DNA of 54,001 nucleotides, counting the filler, from Sluysia triapertura (Eukaryota): the NCBI GenBank assembly GCA_046118255.1. It is 4 parts of 4 records of this genome, joined end to end, with 100 filler letters (N's around TTAATTAATTAA, not from the genome) between each part and the next. Parts side by side here need not be neighbours in the genome. Positions count along the whole stretch, not along the records: positions 1 to 14,597 come from JBJNIA010253857.1; positions 14,698 to 27,383 come from JBJNIA010090235.1; 2 more parts are not named here. One strand, 5' to 3'. The notes beneath the pieces were generated by a model. The model had not been told where the DNA came from, searched no databases, and worked only from the letters and a program-made list of their open reading frames with translations. Positions 1 to 14,767 of the stretch are shown here, piece after piece. How positions within the stretch are numbered: the first letter of the stretch is position 1; every line of letters begins with the position of its first letter. Position numbers and translations under genes: made by a program.

Positions 1-125
1 AAAAATTATAATCATTATTGTTGTATAATAAATATCAAATAATAACTTTTATAATAACTGTTATATTAGTAAACATATTAATCACATAATTGTTATCATT
101 ATTATAGTTGTTTTCTTTTTTATCC

Positions 126-163
<38 letters not shown>
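126..163. repeat. (TAT)n microsatellite
   Basis: Direct reading. Confidence 0.95.
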
Positions 164-2606
164 TCTTTTATTCTTTTTATCAACGTCTCTCTGTTTATTT
201 TAATTTTTTTTTCAAATTTTCCGAAGCTATCAACAAATGAATTACTTCAAAACTCTACTGCATCATCATATGAAGCAATCACATTTACTTACGTATACTC
301 TCCATTCGGAAAAAATTGATCCATATTTGAACATGCTTTTGAAATAATTAACAATGGTGTGAAGCAAAATTTTATTTCAATGATTGAAGGAGAAAGAAGA
401 TTGAAAGAATTAATAGATTCCATAGAAAGTGGAACTTTATCGCTATATTTGATAACATTTAATGTTGCTAAAAAGATTTCAACTTTTTTTTACCACTGAT
501 TATTTGTTCTCTAGTGATTGTGAGCATTGTTCTACAGCAATTTATGAAAGGAAATATGCATGCGGGTATAAAAATTATCAAATGTTAATTTCCTCTTTAT
601 TAAAAAGTCCAAAGTATCATTCAGTATTACATAAAATTAATATTGACAAGATTCCAACTATTTGGAAAATCCAACAACTACTAGAGGATTGTTACAGAAA
701 TTTAAATGAAGTTAATGAACGAAAATTTTATGATTTGAAACGAAAAATAGGTGCTTTAGATATGGTTTTTGTGTTAGAATTTATCGGAATTAGAGTTAAG
801 ATATTGGAATTTCCTAATTTTAGCAGAGATAGTACTCAAAAATTAAAGTAATTTTATAATTTTTTTTATAATTCGATATTTTATGTCTGGTATTAATAAA
901 AAAATTTATAATTTCTGAAATCTATTTTTTTCACCTTCACTATTAGTAATAAAGGTTTTGTTTACACTAAGTAATATAATTTAGAATCATTGATAACTTA
1001 AAGATAAGACGTATACTGTTTCTGTGTACTTTTTGAACGAAATGAAACTATCTTTATTGTGTTTTTTATTATGTAGAAATTATTTTTTTGATTTTAAAGT
1101 ACAATTAGCACTTTATCGTATTTCAGTTTTAAATAATTTTATCAAAGTGTCAGATCATTTCATTATTTGTTTAAAGTTTTTTTTATTAATTTTTTGGTAC
1201 TTCTTTTCACGTACCTTTTTCGTGAAACCCATGAAACTTAAAGTTTATCAGAGCTTTAAAATATATCACGGTATGGTCTCAATTAAATCATCTGTTTAAC
1301 GAACGGATTTTGACAAAGATGAAAGCGGTTGCATTTTATACGAAGATTCGGAATGTTAAATAATGATGAAGTAAAAATAATTGTATAAATAAAAAACGGG
1401 TAGTATCTAAAATTTTACTTTTCTAAATCATTATAGCTAGTAACATTTCTAACAAAAGCGACACCAAATTTTGCTTTTTAGATATTACAATTAAACAGAA
1501 AATTGCTTAAATTATACATAAGTTTTATGAAAATTGAATTCAAATTCTTTTTTTAATAGACTCTGTGACGAGTTATGGCGTTATATGAATGGAAGTGACA
1601 AGTCTGAAGTGTTTCCTGTTGTTTTACAAAATGAACGTCACAGCAATTTAATTATTGGAATTGAGGTTGGTGCATTTTGATGTTTTGTTTTTACATTTAG
1701 TTTGTTTTTGATTTTGTAAAATGAATAAATTAAGCATTATGGATACATTTTTCTTAGTTCCGCGACAAGCTGCATTTTAATTAATAATTTGTATAGGAAT
1801 CTATTGAATCATGAATTGAAATAAACATAATTTTCTTACAGTCCAGGACTATTAAATGAAAAGTTTAGATTTGAGTTTCTTTAGGTACTATCTTTCGGAG
1901 AAGACCTCTACATTATAAGTGTAATGGTTTTAAATAAACAAATTAATCGAGTGTTAGTATTCATACAAAATCAAGGCTCATCTAAAATATCGGATGAGAT
2001 ATTTTCTGGAGGATCCCGATATTTTGTCTTATTATTTAAGGGTAATAAGACTGCTTTCATGCTAAAAAGAGTTAAATTGTCTATCCTTATTTGATACAAA
2101 TTTGAAGTTTATGCTTTGAATTTAGTATTTTAAGGGATTATTGATTATTAAAAGTTTATAAACAATAGGTGTCTTAGACTTGATTTCAGCACGTGTTACA
2201 TGATTGCTAAAATAATTTAAGGTTGATTTTAAAGTGAGTAAATATTATTTTTCTCTTGAATTCCTGAAGCCACGTCATTAGGGCTTATATCTTTACTTTG
2301 TACTTTTACACGGGCATGGGACATCTTGCTTATCCAGTTGTACATAATTATATTATATATCTGCATTGTTTGATAAGTAGTTAGATATGTAAATGATTTA
2401 ATGTTTATAATGCTTAAGTTTGTAAATAACGCTTTAAATTAGTTGAATTTAATATTTGTAAATAAATTAGCTTATTTTTACTGATCTAAAAATAAATGCT
2501 ACTTTAAATTTTGTAAATAATTTTAATATTGTTTTATCATTTTATTAGCTTCATCTATAATTATTACATAAAAATTTTTACGACATTTGATTTTAAAACA
2601 TTTTAA

Positions 2607-2811
2607 CCCTTTCAGCTCCGAATTTTTTTTCCTTAAGATACATGGTGATTTATTGTCTTTATAGATGATGATTTAGGAAAAATGTATGAAAATTGTAAAT
2701 ATTGACGTGAAGTAAAAATATATAGGTCAAAGTTCAAACATAAAAATTATGCTCTTCATATTACTTTAGTAGGATCTAGCATAGCAGTTGGCGGTCTCGG
2801 GGCTGAAAGGG
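2607..2811. mobile_element. piggyBac-type MITE (205 bp)
   Basis: TIRs CCCTTTCAGCTCCGA / TCGGGGCTGAAAGGG (14 of 15), TTAA on both sides. Confidence 0.9.
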
Positions 2812-3669
2812 TTAATGATATTTTTATAGTTTTCATAATATAAAAGCATTTATATTGCTTTTACAATATTTTATGTAAATTTAAGTAACATAATTAACAT
2901 GAATGTTGAACTTATAATTTTGAAATTTTCTAAATATAACGATGAAGGCAGACAAACCTGACCCAGTTTATTTATCCAACATTTTATTAATAAATTTTGT
3001 TTATTTCTACTAGTGTTTAAATCTTTATTAAAGTCTTCGTCTGTGGTTATTTGTTGTATTACTCTAAATTTATCACGATTTAAAGTAATAATCTTTATTG
3101 GAACTTTAAATAATTTATATTTAAATAAATTATGCCAGGAGTGGCCAAGTCCTTGATAGTCCGAGCCATTGTTCCCATGAGTCATCATTCTTAACTTGGA
3201 CGGAAATGAAATTTGTTACAACGTTGAACTTCATATTTGTCAGTAATTTAAAAGACATTTTGAAACAGATACGGATCGATAATAATTTTTTAAAATATAA
3301 TAATACAAAAATGAAAAGGGAACTCGGGTACATTTATCGAGAGCCACAAATAATCCTTCAAAGAGCCGCAGTTTATCCACCACTGATATATGCCTTTGTA
3401 AGGAAAAGAATTGTTTTTATATTTTATACTATTATTTTTATAAAAGATAAAATTTTAGAGTAATTAATGGATTGAATTTATTACTTTGAATAGCTTAACG
3501 AAAATAATGTTTTGCCTGAGAAGAAATCAGTAAATTTGAAGAAATAATCGATTGTTTATTGGTAACTCGACAGATCTGTGAAGTTCGGAAATTGATATCT
3601 TCCCTGATTCCCAAAAAATCAAGACAGTACTTGATGTAGTTTCATTTTATATTATCTTCGCTACTATTC

Positions 3670-3975
3670 GGTGATCTTCATTTTCAACTAGATGGAGCAC
3701 TTGCGCACTAAACCAAAGATGTTCGACAATGGCTTGATAAAACGTTGGATTGGACACCGAGAACCAATCGAATGGCCTGTTAGATCCTCAGATGTTACAC
3801 CGCCTGACTTTTTTCTTTGGGGAGTTCTAAAGAACGCAGTTTATGGTAAAGAGCCAAGGACAACTAAAACAAAGTATTCAGCAAGAATTGAACTAAATTT
3901 CAGAGGCAACTTGCCAGAAAGTATGTCAGAATATGTTGTGCTTGTTCAGATGGACGTTTTGAACATTTGTAAATA
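3670..3975 (+). mobile_element. Tc1/mariner-superfamily transposase relic (C-terminal catalytic part)
   Basis: FQLDGA in an adjacent frame, then RWIGHREPIEWPVRSSDVTPPDFFLWGVLKNAVY, matching the WP.RSPDLTP.DFFLWG motif. Confidence 0.85.
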
Positions 3976-4396
3976 TTAATATACCTATTAAATTTGTCGT
4001 TTTTAATATCTAATTTTTATTTAAGTTAATTTTATATATATAATACCTTTACAACTTAATTATGATTAAGTTTATACATTTCTTATTCGAGAATTTTAAT
4101 TACGTATTTTATCTAACTCTTTTTTTTCAAATTTTGATTTATTGATCCCATTTTTTCATCTGAAACTAGTGCAACTATTATTTTTGTCATTATTTTAAAA
4201 TTAATTATTTCAATGCTTTTATAACAAACTATAGATTTGGTTGGATTGTGTTTATATCCATGTTTACGGTTATTTATAAATTTTTACTTTTAAAATGGTT
4301 ATTTACATTAGCTTATTTATTAAAATTCTAGGTACAAGTCTGCTTTAGATAAAAAGTGTGTCATCTGTACACAAATAATCTGACTAAATTTCCCGA

Positions 4397-4600
4397 TTAT
4401 GTACATGGTTCTACATTGTCATGAAGAAAAATTACATTTTTTCTATAGATAAATACAGGCCGTGCTTCTAATGTTTTATAACATAGATGTGGCAAATGTT
4501 GACGATGGTTGAGTTGATTATAACCATAATTTTTTCCACTCTTATTCTTAATAATATAAGAATAACAATTGAAACTCTGAAAAACTTTCTGCACTGTTTA
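4397..4600 (-). mobile_element. mariner transposase relic
   Basis: RKNVIFLHDNVEP resembles the mariner LLHDNARPH motif; short and degenerate. Confidence 0.5.
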
Positions 4601-5449
4601 TCTATTTCACAATCAGATTAAATATCTTTTAAATGTTTAACACATTCACTGTCCAAGGGCTTATCCATTATTTATATTGAATCTCTGGTCGCTTGCACGA
4701 ACTTTGCCTAATTGTAAATTCGATTATTTTTTCAGATGTTGAATATGCACTATGTAAACATTCGGTAATATCAAAAACAAAATCGTTTATTTATAGTTAC
4801 ATTGATCTTTTAACTTTAACTTCGTTTGTTTATCGTACCTTTTACCTTTTTATCAATGTTTAGGTTATTGAGTTAAAATGATTTAGTTATCATTCGATGT
4901 AGTGAAAATTTCGAAACACTAAGATAGTTTTAATTTATTTAAAAATTGGTCGATTTGTTTGTTTACTAGATTGAAATTTGGGTGATATTTATGTTAATTC
5001 AACTATACATGTTTTGATAAATCTTCGTTACACGTATCAGTATTATCAAAACAACTTTTTATTTGTGTTTAGTGAATCATTGAAGGGAAGTTTGACGAAC
5101 TTGCTATGTTATATGTAATTATTTTTCCAGATTTTATAAAGCCGCACTCAGGCCTTCAAAGCCAATTTTCGTTTTGTTACACAATAGTTATGCTAATTCA
5201 AGTTTTTTTCATTCAATATTTCAATATTCGCATTTTTATTTTTATTTAATCGGTGAATAATAATAACAATAATAATAATAATTTTATATTCCAGATTATT
5301 AATGTAAGATTACATTTATCAGAACAATCTCAAAATCTTTATAAGCTTTAATCCAAAAACATCATGTATAGATCCGAAAATCTAGATGAAGATTATGTCC
5401 TTAAAGAATCTCAACGAGCTATGCAACTAATTTTAATCTATCTTATGTA

Positions 5450-5815
5450 ACACCTTATCTTAAGGAATTGCATTGGTTACCAATAAAAGCAAGAATAGAA
5501 TTCAAAATCATGACAATAATTTGCAAATGCTTACATTATGGAAGTCCTGACTATATTTTAGAAATAATACGAAAATTGGAAAATATTTCATTGAGGCATG
5601 ATAATAATCTATTCAGAATCCACGGTGATAACAAGCTAGGTGATAGGTTGTTTACCGTTTATGTTTCAAAAATAAAGAACCAGTACTACCAGAGAATGTC
5701 AAGTTACTGGAAGATTATGAAATATTTAAGAAAAAGGCAAAGTTTCTGTTTCAGAAATATTATAGTGAATGATTAATTTTAAGCGCTTTTGAGTACTTAT
5801 ATTATTATTATTATT
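5450..5815 (+). mobile_element. L2/CR1-group LINE 3' fragment
   Basis: TPYLKELHWLPIKARIEFKI ORF2 C-terminal motif; tail TAAGCGCTTTTGAG followed by (TAT)n; second copy at 22319-22680. Confidence 0.85.
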
Positions 5816-8800
5816 ATCTTATTCTACATAATTTCAGTTTATATTATCAACAACGCATATTTTGTACAAAAATATTTAATTATATTTGATTACAAATTAT
5901 GTTTCCGTATAACCGACTAATTGGAATTACATTCTACTATAATGTTACAATTTTTTAATATTGTGGTTTACTTGCATTGTAGAATTTTATTTTTATAATA
6001 ATTTGGTATTCATTAAAAATCAATTTATTTGATAATTATTGAACATTCTATTATTTGATAATGCAGAAGAAAGCAGATAAAGATGGAAGTAGGAAGTTAA
6101 TTATACTTGAGCCGAGTTTACCGCAATTTAAATTGCGAAACTTACTTAATGTTTCACGGGATTACAGATGGCAACTGGAAAAAGAATTTGTTCGAAATAT
6201 CAATTTTTCGAATAATATCAATACTTATCAAATACTTTTCATTGATGGAATCGCTGAACAACGTTGATTTGTTAACTTTTTTTAGAATGCAATTAACAAT
6301 ATTCTGTTTTCTTTTTAACTCTATATGTTTGACTTTATTGAATGTAAAAAATATTTATATAAATATCAAATATGTAATTTGTTATGTACTGGTAAAAGTT
6401 TCCAAGTCAGTGTTGGCAGCACATGCAAAAATCTAATCGTTTTGTTTGTAGGTTTGGTTAGTTTAGTGTTGTAACTAAATTATAATAAGTTATAAAACAA
6501 AATACTTTTTGTTAATTTCCCATATCGAATCGAATATCGTAGTTTTTTAAGGATTACAGTGTCATTAGTTATTTTTTGATGATTCAAAAAATAGAATTTA
6601 ATAATTAACGCATTATTTGCGGGAAACGAGTTAACACGTTCTGCACATTGTATCATTAGTGTGTGAGAACCGTTAGAAAGCGGGTGTTTGAAAACCGCTG
6701 AGTCGCAAATGTATAAAAATCGCCATTTTCTAAGTATCCAGTTTAGAAGATGTTATGATCATGCGATTTGCTCTGCATTAAATATAAGTACTATGCTGAA
6801 GAAAAATACTGCTTTAGTTCTATTGTAGAATTACTGTGAGTGTGTGATGTATTGTTTGTATCTCATGTAACTCTGGAAAAGAAAAGAAAAGAATCAAAAT
6901 GCCATATTTATTCATTGGAAATTCATTGTTTTTTAAACTTAAAAATAGTTTTTAAAAATTCATACTTATTTTTTATTTAACGAAATAATTTGTTTTCTAT
7001 TACCGTTTTGAAAGTTATTTTCCGTTTTATGGATTAGCTAATTTTTTACCCACCTAAAATACTTTTATGTGAGTGGCACAGATCACATGATTTACTATTG
7101 CGTTAAATATTTGCGATTCATTCATGTCACGCTTAAGAAGTTGCAGTAAAAAGAATTTACTGAAATTGCAAGTTAACGTTCTGTTTTTGGTGTGTGGCTA
7201 TAAAAATGATGTTTACTGAATTTATTTGGTGTATTATTGATGAAATGCTGAAACGTATTTAATGTTTATTATAATACAAATTATTAAAATTAGTTATTAA
7301 ATTACATTTAATGAAACTTATTTATAAAATTCTCATTTAGAAATTGATTTTATTAAAAACATAATAAATGAAACAATCTAAGGGGTATCTATATGAATCA
7401 TGAATTACATAAATATTAAACAAAATTTTATGTATAAAGTATTGCAACGTCCGTGAACTTGTTGGAAGCAGGACTTTTGGAATAATAAGAATAAATAAAT
7501 AGTAATAAAAGTCAAAATACTGTACTTGAAATGATACACACATTGTTTCTTCATCAAAGAAGTTGGACTAAATTTTACAAAATGTTTTGATGTTGTGATT
7601 GATGTATTGGATGATGCCGTCCTAGTAGTGAAACTATCACTTGTGTCGAATATGTCATCTTGGTGTTGGTGGTTTACGCTTGAGAAGATGGCCAGCACAT
7701 GTATTTTAATAAATATATGATTCAAAGGTTGTTGAAAAATTGGTGATGCAATTGTATTGAAAACTAAAATAATATTATTCTTATTAAGACTATTGTTAAT
7801 TTTAACACTTTCTTCAATAACAGATAATTTCATCGTTGGATCAGATGGAATTTCAATCAATGTCATTTTTGTAGATAAAGTTAAATATTTCTTTCATAGT
7901 CTCGAATCAAACATATCGATATCTTTATATTTTGTTGTGAACTTCATAACTAATTTGGTAAAATAAAGTCTGCTTTCTTCGTGAACATCAATAAGATATA
8001 AAGTTAATCTTGAGATTAAAGTATTACAATGTAGGGCAATTTTCATTAATGGTGTAAATTTTTCTAATATTTCTCTATAACAAACATCATCATTTGAGTG
8101 ATCGTATTTTATAGGTTAATTTGGTGATTCTTGTTTAAAAGTTTTAGATAACGAAATTTTTGGTATAATTGATCGTACTGTAACATCATGATTGTTACAT
8201 GAAGCGATGTTTTTGAATTCATTCAAAAAGCTATGATTTTTAATTGAACCACATTTATGCTGAATAAAATTGTGTCTGAATCTTTTGTAGTTTACAAACT
8301 TTTTCACTTTTATTTAAACTTAAAACTTGTTAAAGTTTTAACCAGTGAGCATGTTATAACTCAAATTACACTTTTAGTGGTTACACTATTACAATAATTA
8401 GTAACTGTCGGTATCTACATCTTAATTTGGCTAAGTTTTGGACAGTTTTGACATTAACATAATTGTTTTTGACAATTAACAAAATAAGAGTAATAATAAT
8501 TAATAATACTAATAATAATAAAATAATAATAGTACAATTAATTTCTTCTTTCGCAACGCGTTCATCTTTTTTTCTCCCATTATAACTTGATATTCTTTCA
8601 TATTTGAATCATTATCTACTTTCTTAAGTTACTCAAATTCATGATTATTTATTTCATTAATTTTGTTGGATAAATGTATTTCTTGTACCTTCTCTTGTTC
8701 GCATTCCATTATTTTTTCTACTTTATTTTCCTGCATTAATTGATCAAAAAATAAAATTCTTGAATTCTACAAAACGATTTTCAGTTTCTTTGACAAAATT

Positions 8801-9859
8801 GTTCATAATTATTTCATGCATATTGAAAATTTGGATAATCTTTTTACTACTGATATTATCAAATTTAGTGAATGCTTTGTTTTCAGTAGAAATAGAAAGT
8901 AATGAATTGTTTTGCGTTTTTGTTGGAAAAGGAAAAAGAAAACTATAAAATGAAATAGAGATCATAATTATTGAAGTAGCATAACTTAGGAACATTTGTT
9001 GTTGGAAAACAAATACAGAAAATAACAAAATAAAGAAAATGTGAAGAGAGTTGTGATATATAATTAATGAAGTTAAAGGTTTTAACAGAAATTCCATTTA
9101 GTTTATTGTTATTTTGAAATTTAAATTACAAATTTAATAATTTTTGATGTAATGAATGCTTTAAATATTCAAAAAATGTCATATTTAGTGTAGTTTGTTA
9201 TATTAAAATTTTGTGCGAAGATGTTGGCCACCACACTGTTATATCCGTTCTGCTGATATTTAAATCAAAATCAATATCGTCCTAGTCGAAATACAAATTG
9301 TAATAGTTATGAAATGGAATGGAATATCATTATTTACATTAATAGATTTAAAAGTTGTTTTAAACTTAAGAGATGTAATTAAAATGACAGATTTTAACGA
9401 CATTAATGATATTGTATTAAATAAAGTTACTTTATGTTTAAGAACTCTAGTTTCTTTGGAAGGTGTAATATCGGATTTTGAAGATGTCACTTATGTTGTA
9501 TTAATTAGAGATACTTAAAATATGCAACTGGATGATGGACATTGGGTTTCAATGTATTTGGAATAACATGTTTAATCTTTATTTTAATACAATTATCACA
9601 AATTTTGGTTCTGATTTTGGCATATAAAGTTGCGGCCTAAGAGCCTTGGTTTCAAAAAAATGTAGTCTTTCATCTCGAGTACTTTGTTTCATAATGGCTT
9701 TAAGCTAAATATTAACAGTTATTTTTCGTTAAAGGCCCCAAAATTGTTTCATCTTTAGAAATTATTAGCTACGATAAATCAATATCAAGCTTAGCTTAAG
9801 AAGAATCTCAATGATTTAAGAGTCACTATATTAAGTATAAATTTTCAGTAATCCTCTTT

Positions 9860-12800
9860 GTTAATAATAATTATTCACCACAAGATTAAGTTTTCAAAAA
9901 TCAAATCAATAACAACAATAATTTACTGGTTAAACAAAAATCAAATATAAATTAATATTATTATAAATCTCCACTAATCAATAATAAAAATAATAAGATT
10001 AACAGTAACATTTATAATAGTATCAAGGATTGACAGTCTATATGAAGAAATCAGGAGTGACGCAACAAACACTAAAAATATCAATATCCAGAAAGTTTAA
10101 AATAGTAATTATGGTTAAATATTTTAAAAATAAGTTAGGCAGAGTGTCTCTCACGAAATTAACTTGTTGCGTCTTTGATAATATTATTTAAAATTATTTA
10201 AATAAATATCAATTTAATTATTTAAGTATTCACCAGATCAAATATAAATATTCAATAATTCTCTTATTTAAAATTAATAATTATTCACCCCAAAATTAAG
10301 CTCCTGGAAATCAAATCAATAACAACACAACAATTTACTGGTTAATAAAAATCATTTACAAATAGTATTATTATAAATCTCTATTAGCAGTACTAAAAAT
10401 GATTAAAATGACGAGATTAACAATAACGTTTATAATAGTCTCAAGGATATAACAATTTATCTAAAGAAACCAGAAGTGACGCAACACTAAGAAAAATATT
10501 AACTATTATTCACGATTACCAAATAATAATTTTTCAACACAAAATAAGAAAAAAAATATTTTACTAAAATCCTTCAGAAAATAATACTTTTAATTATGAA
10601 GTAAATTCAAAAATTACTTAAAGCAAGGATCTCTCATTTGTATTGCTAATTGCAATTATTGTTGTAGTTGTTGTTGCCTTGTGTAATAAAATTTTTAAGT
10701 TTTCCTTTTTATATTTTCTCATCTAATAATTTCCAATTTCGTGATTAAACATTTTCTCACACATATCACTGCAACATTCTTTGAGAATTAATCCGACAAT
10801 AATAACTCTGACACTTACATGGTACAGACTGTCAAAGTTTATTAGATGCAGAACACAAAAACTTGATTTACAATTATCTATTATTTTCCTTTACTCTACT
10901 CAATCTACTTTTACTTAAATTAATTCTCATATTAAAATAACAATCGTCATTATTGTTAACATACATAAAAAATAAGTAATTTAATTTTAGTTTTTTAGAA
11001 TTTAATTGATTTCTGGCTTTTCACACCCAATTGTCAAATGAAAAATGTTTTAAGCTTCTTATTCTCAAACAAACCTCTATAAATATTTCAGACTCACTTC
11101 TAGATTCTCCTCTTTCATAGGAATCATCTCATATTCAGTTAATTATATTTGCAGTTAATTATATTCTAAGTAAAAAAAATTCAACATTACACAATTAAGA
11201 ATTGATTAAAATTTAACTTTGCTCAATGTTAAGGCTTTCCTTGCGCGAACTTGGTCAAACCATACCTTCGTCGAAATGTCTTTTCAAAACAAATACATAC
11301 ACAGTTTCAAATTTAACACAGTATTCCGCATTCAAAAGTTATTCACAAAAACGTACTTTTCTTAATTAAGTTAAGTGAGATTTTTAATTAATTAATCTAT
11401 TTTTAGGTCTTATTGAGTTACTTAGTAGTTTATAAGGCATTCAGGAGGCTCTAGATGTTTTCACCTTCACCTCTCTGATTCCCTTTTCTACTTCATGTTA
11501 ATTATTACTATACTATATTTATTCTTAATACCAATAACAATGATTTTATTTCTAAAATATTTTATAGATTTTAAACATTTTATAAAATTGCTAAATGATC
11601 TCAAATGCTCATCGATGTTCCAAGATACTTAAAGGTTACTAAGATCTTAAATGATCTAAAGATTCACTAGTTCAAAGGTACCTTAATACTTCTAAAGATT
11701 TTTCAAGTCCATCTCAATCTTCCATAAGTTCTCAAACCATATCTTTGGAACCTTAAGATATTCTTTAGCTGTTAAGATTATTATAAATATTTAATTTTCA
11801 TGATTCTTATTTCAACAATGTTTATAATGTTTAATCCACCTCTTTTATAAGTTCTTCCTTGATTTTATAGTTCTATATGTTTCTTACTCATCTTCTGATC
11901 TACAGTTTGGCAATCCCAACAAACTTAAAATAACTAAAAATCAAATAATTCAAAATATTTGAAAAATAAATTGGGCAGGGTTTTTCCCTCAAATTTGGCT
12001 TGAAATTGCTAAAAATAAAATAATTAATTCAAAACATTTTAAAAATAAACTCGGCAGGCTTTCTCCCACAAGACTAATTTTGATATATTTCTAAAGAAAA
12101 CTGTTTTATTTTATTTTATTTAAAATACTGACAATTATTAGCATATGTATGGATTTCCTGCTCGATGCCTGTGTAATTGTGTTGTATCAAATCAATCCCA
12201 AGTCTAACAATCAAACACTCTTTCACACAAATCATCAAAACTTCTTTGAAAATTAATCCGACAATAATAACGGATAATTACGTGGTACGTTCTGTCAAAA
12301 TTCATTATCTACAAAAGACAAAAATTAGATTTATTATCAACTCGATCTATTTTTACTTAAATTAATTCTCAGATTAAAATAAATATTAATAATATTATTA
12401 ACATACATAAAAATGATGAATTTAATTACACTTTTTAGGATTTTAATTGATTTTCAATTTTCAAGGTTCTTATTTATAAACATCTCGAACTCACTTATAG
12501 ATTCTCCTCTTTCATAGCAACAATCTTTCCATTCCATCACATTTGCATCACTCTACGGATGAAAAATTAATTAAAATTTGACGCTTTCCTTGAATGAACT
12601 CGGTCAAACCATACCTTCATCAAAAGGTCTTTTCAAAACAAATTCAACATAGTATTCCGCAATCAAAAGTTATTCAAAAAACGTACTTTTTCTTAATTAA
12701 GTTAAATAAGATTTTTAATTAATCTATTTTTAAACGGAATCCTATTCCATGTTTGAAAGTCTTGTTGTGTCTTATATGATTTCAAAATTAACAAGCTCAA

Positions 12801-13929
12801 AGGTATTCTAATGCCTTCACAGGCTCTCCAAGTCCACTCCTAGCTTCCACTTAGGCTACTTTCATCGGCTAACCTTACTATAAATGGTTTTATTTTCATT
12901 ATTTTTTTTCCAACAATATTTATAATGTTCAATCTATCACTGCATATCATCTCTTCCTTCAAGTTATGGTTCTGTATATCTCATATTCAACTCCTGATCT
13001 GCAGTTTGACAATCCAAACAAAATGATATTTTCATTTTTAAGGCGCATTAAGCGTCATTCTTATCTCATTGATAATTTTAGTAATTATTATCCTGCTTCT
13101 ATTAAATTCAATAACTTCATTGACATTACATTAATTAACATTAACTACAATATTAGAAACGTGCAACCTAGAAATTACATTTTTGAATTTATGAATAAAA
13201 ATATGAAAAAAATAATTTTATTGAATCAAACGTTATTTATTCTATAACGTGTTTACAAAAATAGTAGAAAATATATGAAATTTCATTTCATTTCAATGTA
13301 AGGAGAATAAAATGTTAAAATTTTATAGTTTATAAGTTAAGCTTCACTGTTAGGTATAGTTTAATTGATAATAATGAAAATGAATTGTTGATTGAGAAAA
13401 CGGTAGAGTCAGAATGTGTGTCGCGCAATCTTTTGTTATTTAATTTCTTTTAAAAAAGAAAAAACTTGTTCACTAATTTCATAAATTGATAATATGATCC
13501 TCTATATAATTATCACGAGTAAGGTAAATTTGTCGCATTTGGCACTCGCTATTTTGAGAATAGAATCGAATTTTATTGTACGTAAAGATGTTCTCACTTC
13601 CTGCATAGTAACCATTCAATAATAAATTTATTTGGAAAATAGTACTTTTGTTGAGTAGTATTCAAAATATTATTTAAATTAAAAAGATATTAACTTAATT
13701 AACTACAAAAATAAATCAATTGTTTATATACTCCCTATATCAAATACCAACAATTTTCTTATTTACTAATAATAATTATTATTATTCCTAGAATTAAATT
13801 CTTTTTAAAAAGAAAATCAAATTAAAAGCAAAAACAAAATAATTTACTAATTAAACAAAATACCAATTACAGATTCCTATTATTACAAATTTCTATCAGA
13901 TGCTACTAAAATGATTAAATCGATTACAA

Positions 13930-13989
<60 letters not shown>

Positions 13990-14525
13990 TAAAAAATTAC
14001 AACTTAACGTTACTACAAATTAATATTAGGCACTACTAAAAGTTATTAAATCAATTACCAATTAGTCTTACTAAAAATCTTTATTAAGTCATAAAAAAGT
14101 AAATTAATTAAAACAATTAAATTAATTACAAATAATTCTAATAAAATATCCTTAATTAAGATTAATATTTAAAAACAAAATACAATAAAAAGTTGCCAAT
14201 AGCATGGATTTTTTTTGTTTGAAATCAGCGGCGAATAAATTCAATTTTTTTACGTGACTAAAAATTTCTAAGTATTCTAATTTATACCTTTTTTCTCATC
14301 CAAACATTTCTACATTCGCAATCAGGAATTACTCTTACACAAATCATCAAAACCTCTTTTAAAGATTAAGCCTACTAAAAAGACTTTGACATTTACATGG
14401 TACAACCTGTTAAGAAAAACAAGACAATTCGATTAACAATCAACGCTAATTTTTTCTTCTACTCTACTCGATCTAGTTTTTCATGAATCACTTCTTACAT
14501 TAAAATAACAATTATTATTATTGTT
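9860..14525. repeat. Degenerate kb-scale direct repeats
   Basis: Shared blocks, e.g. AATTAATCCGACAATAATAAC (10786, 12251), GGTCAAACCATACCTTC (11253, 12602), AAATCAAATCAATAACAAC (~9898, ~10308); partial third copy at ~14290-14525. Confidence 0.8.
13932..13989. repeat. (AAT)n microsatellite
   Basis: Direct reading. Confidence 0.95.
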
Positions 14526-14597
14526 AGATTTTTCCTTATTCCTAACAAATTATCTGTAGGGTCAGTTCGCTTAGTATATACGCTTTATACCAAACTT

Positions 14598-14697
14598 NNN
14601 NNNNNNNNNNNNNNNNNNNNNNNNNNNNNNNNNNNNNNNNNTTAATTAATTAANNNNNNNNNNNNNNNNNNNNNNNNNNNNNNNNNNNNNNNNNNNN
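14598..14697. other. Artificial contig-joining linker
   Basis: 44 N + TTAATTAATTAA (stops in all six frames) + 44 N. Confidence 0.98.

Positions 14698-14763
<66 letters not shown>
14698..14763. repeat. (AAT)n microsatellite at contig start
   Basis: Direct reading. Confidence 0.95.

Positions 14764-14767
<4 letters not shown>

Noticed and set aside
462-851. 129-aa ORF
   Set aside because: Looks coding-like, but no recognisable family or supported exon structure.
7860-7920. Alternative genetic code (TGA read-through)
   Set aside because: BAF60 uses TGG for every Trp and has no in-frame stops, so the standard code fits.
14642-14653. TTAATTAATTAA as a biological palindrome
   Set aside because: Six-frame-stop linker embedded in Ns, identical three times.
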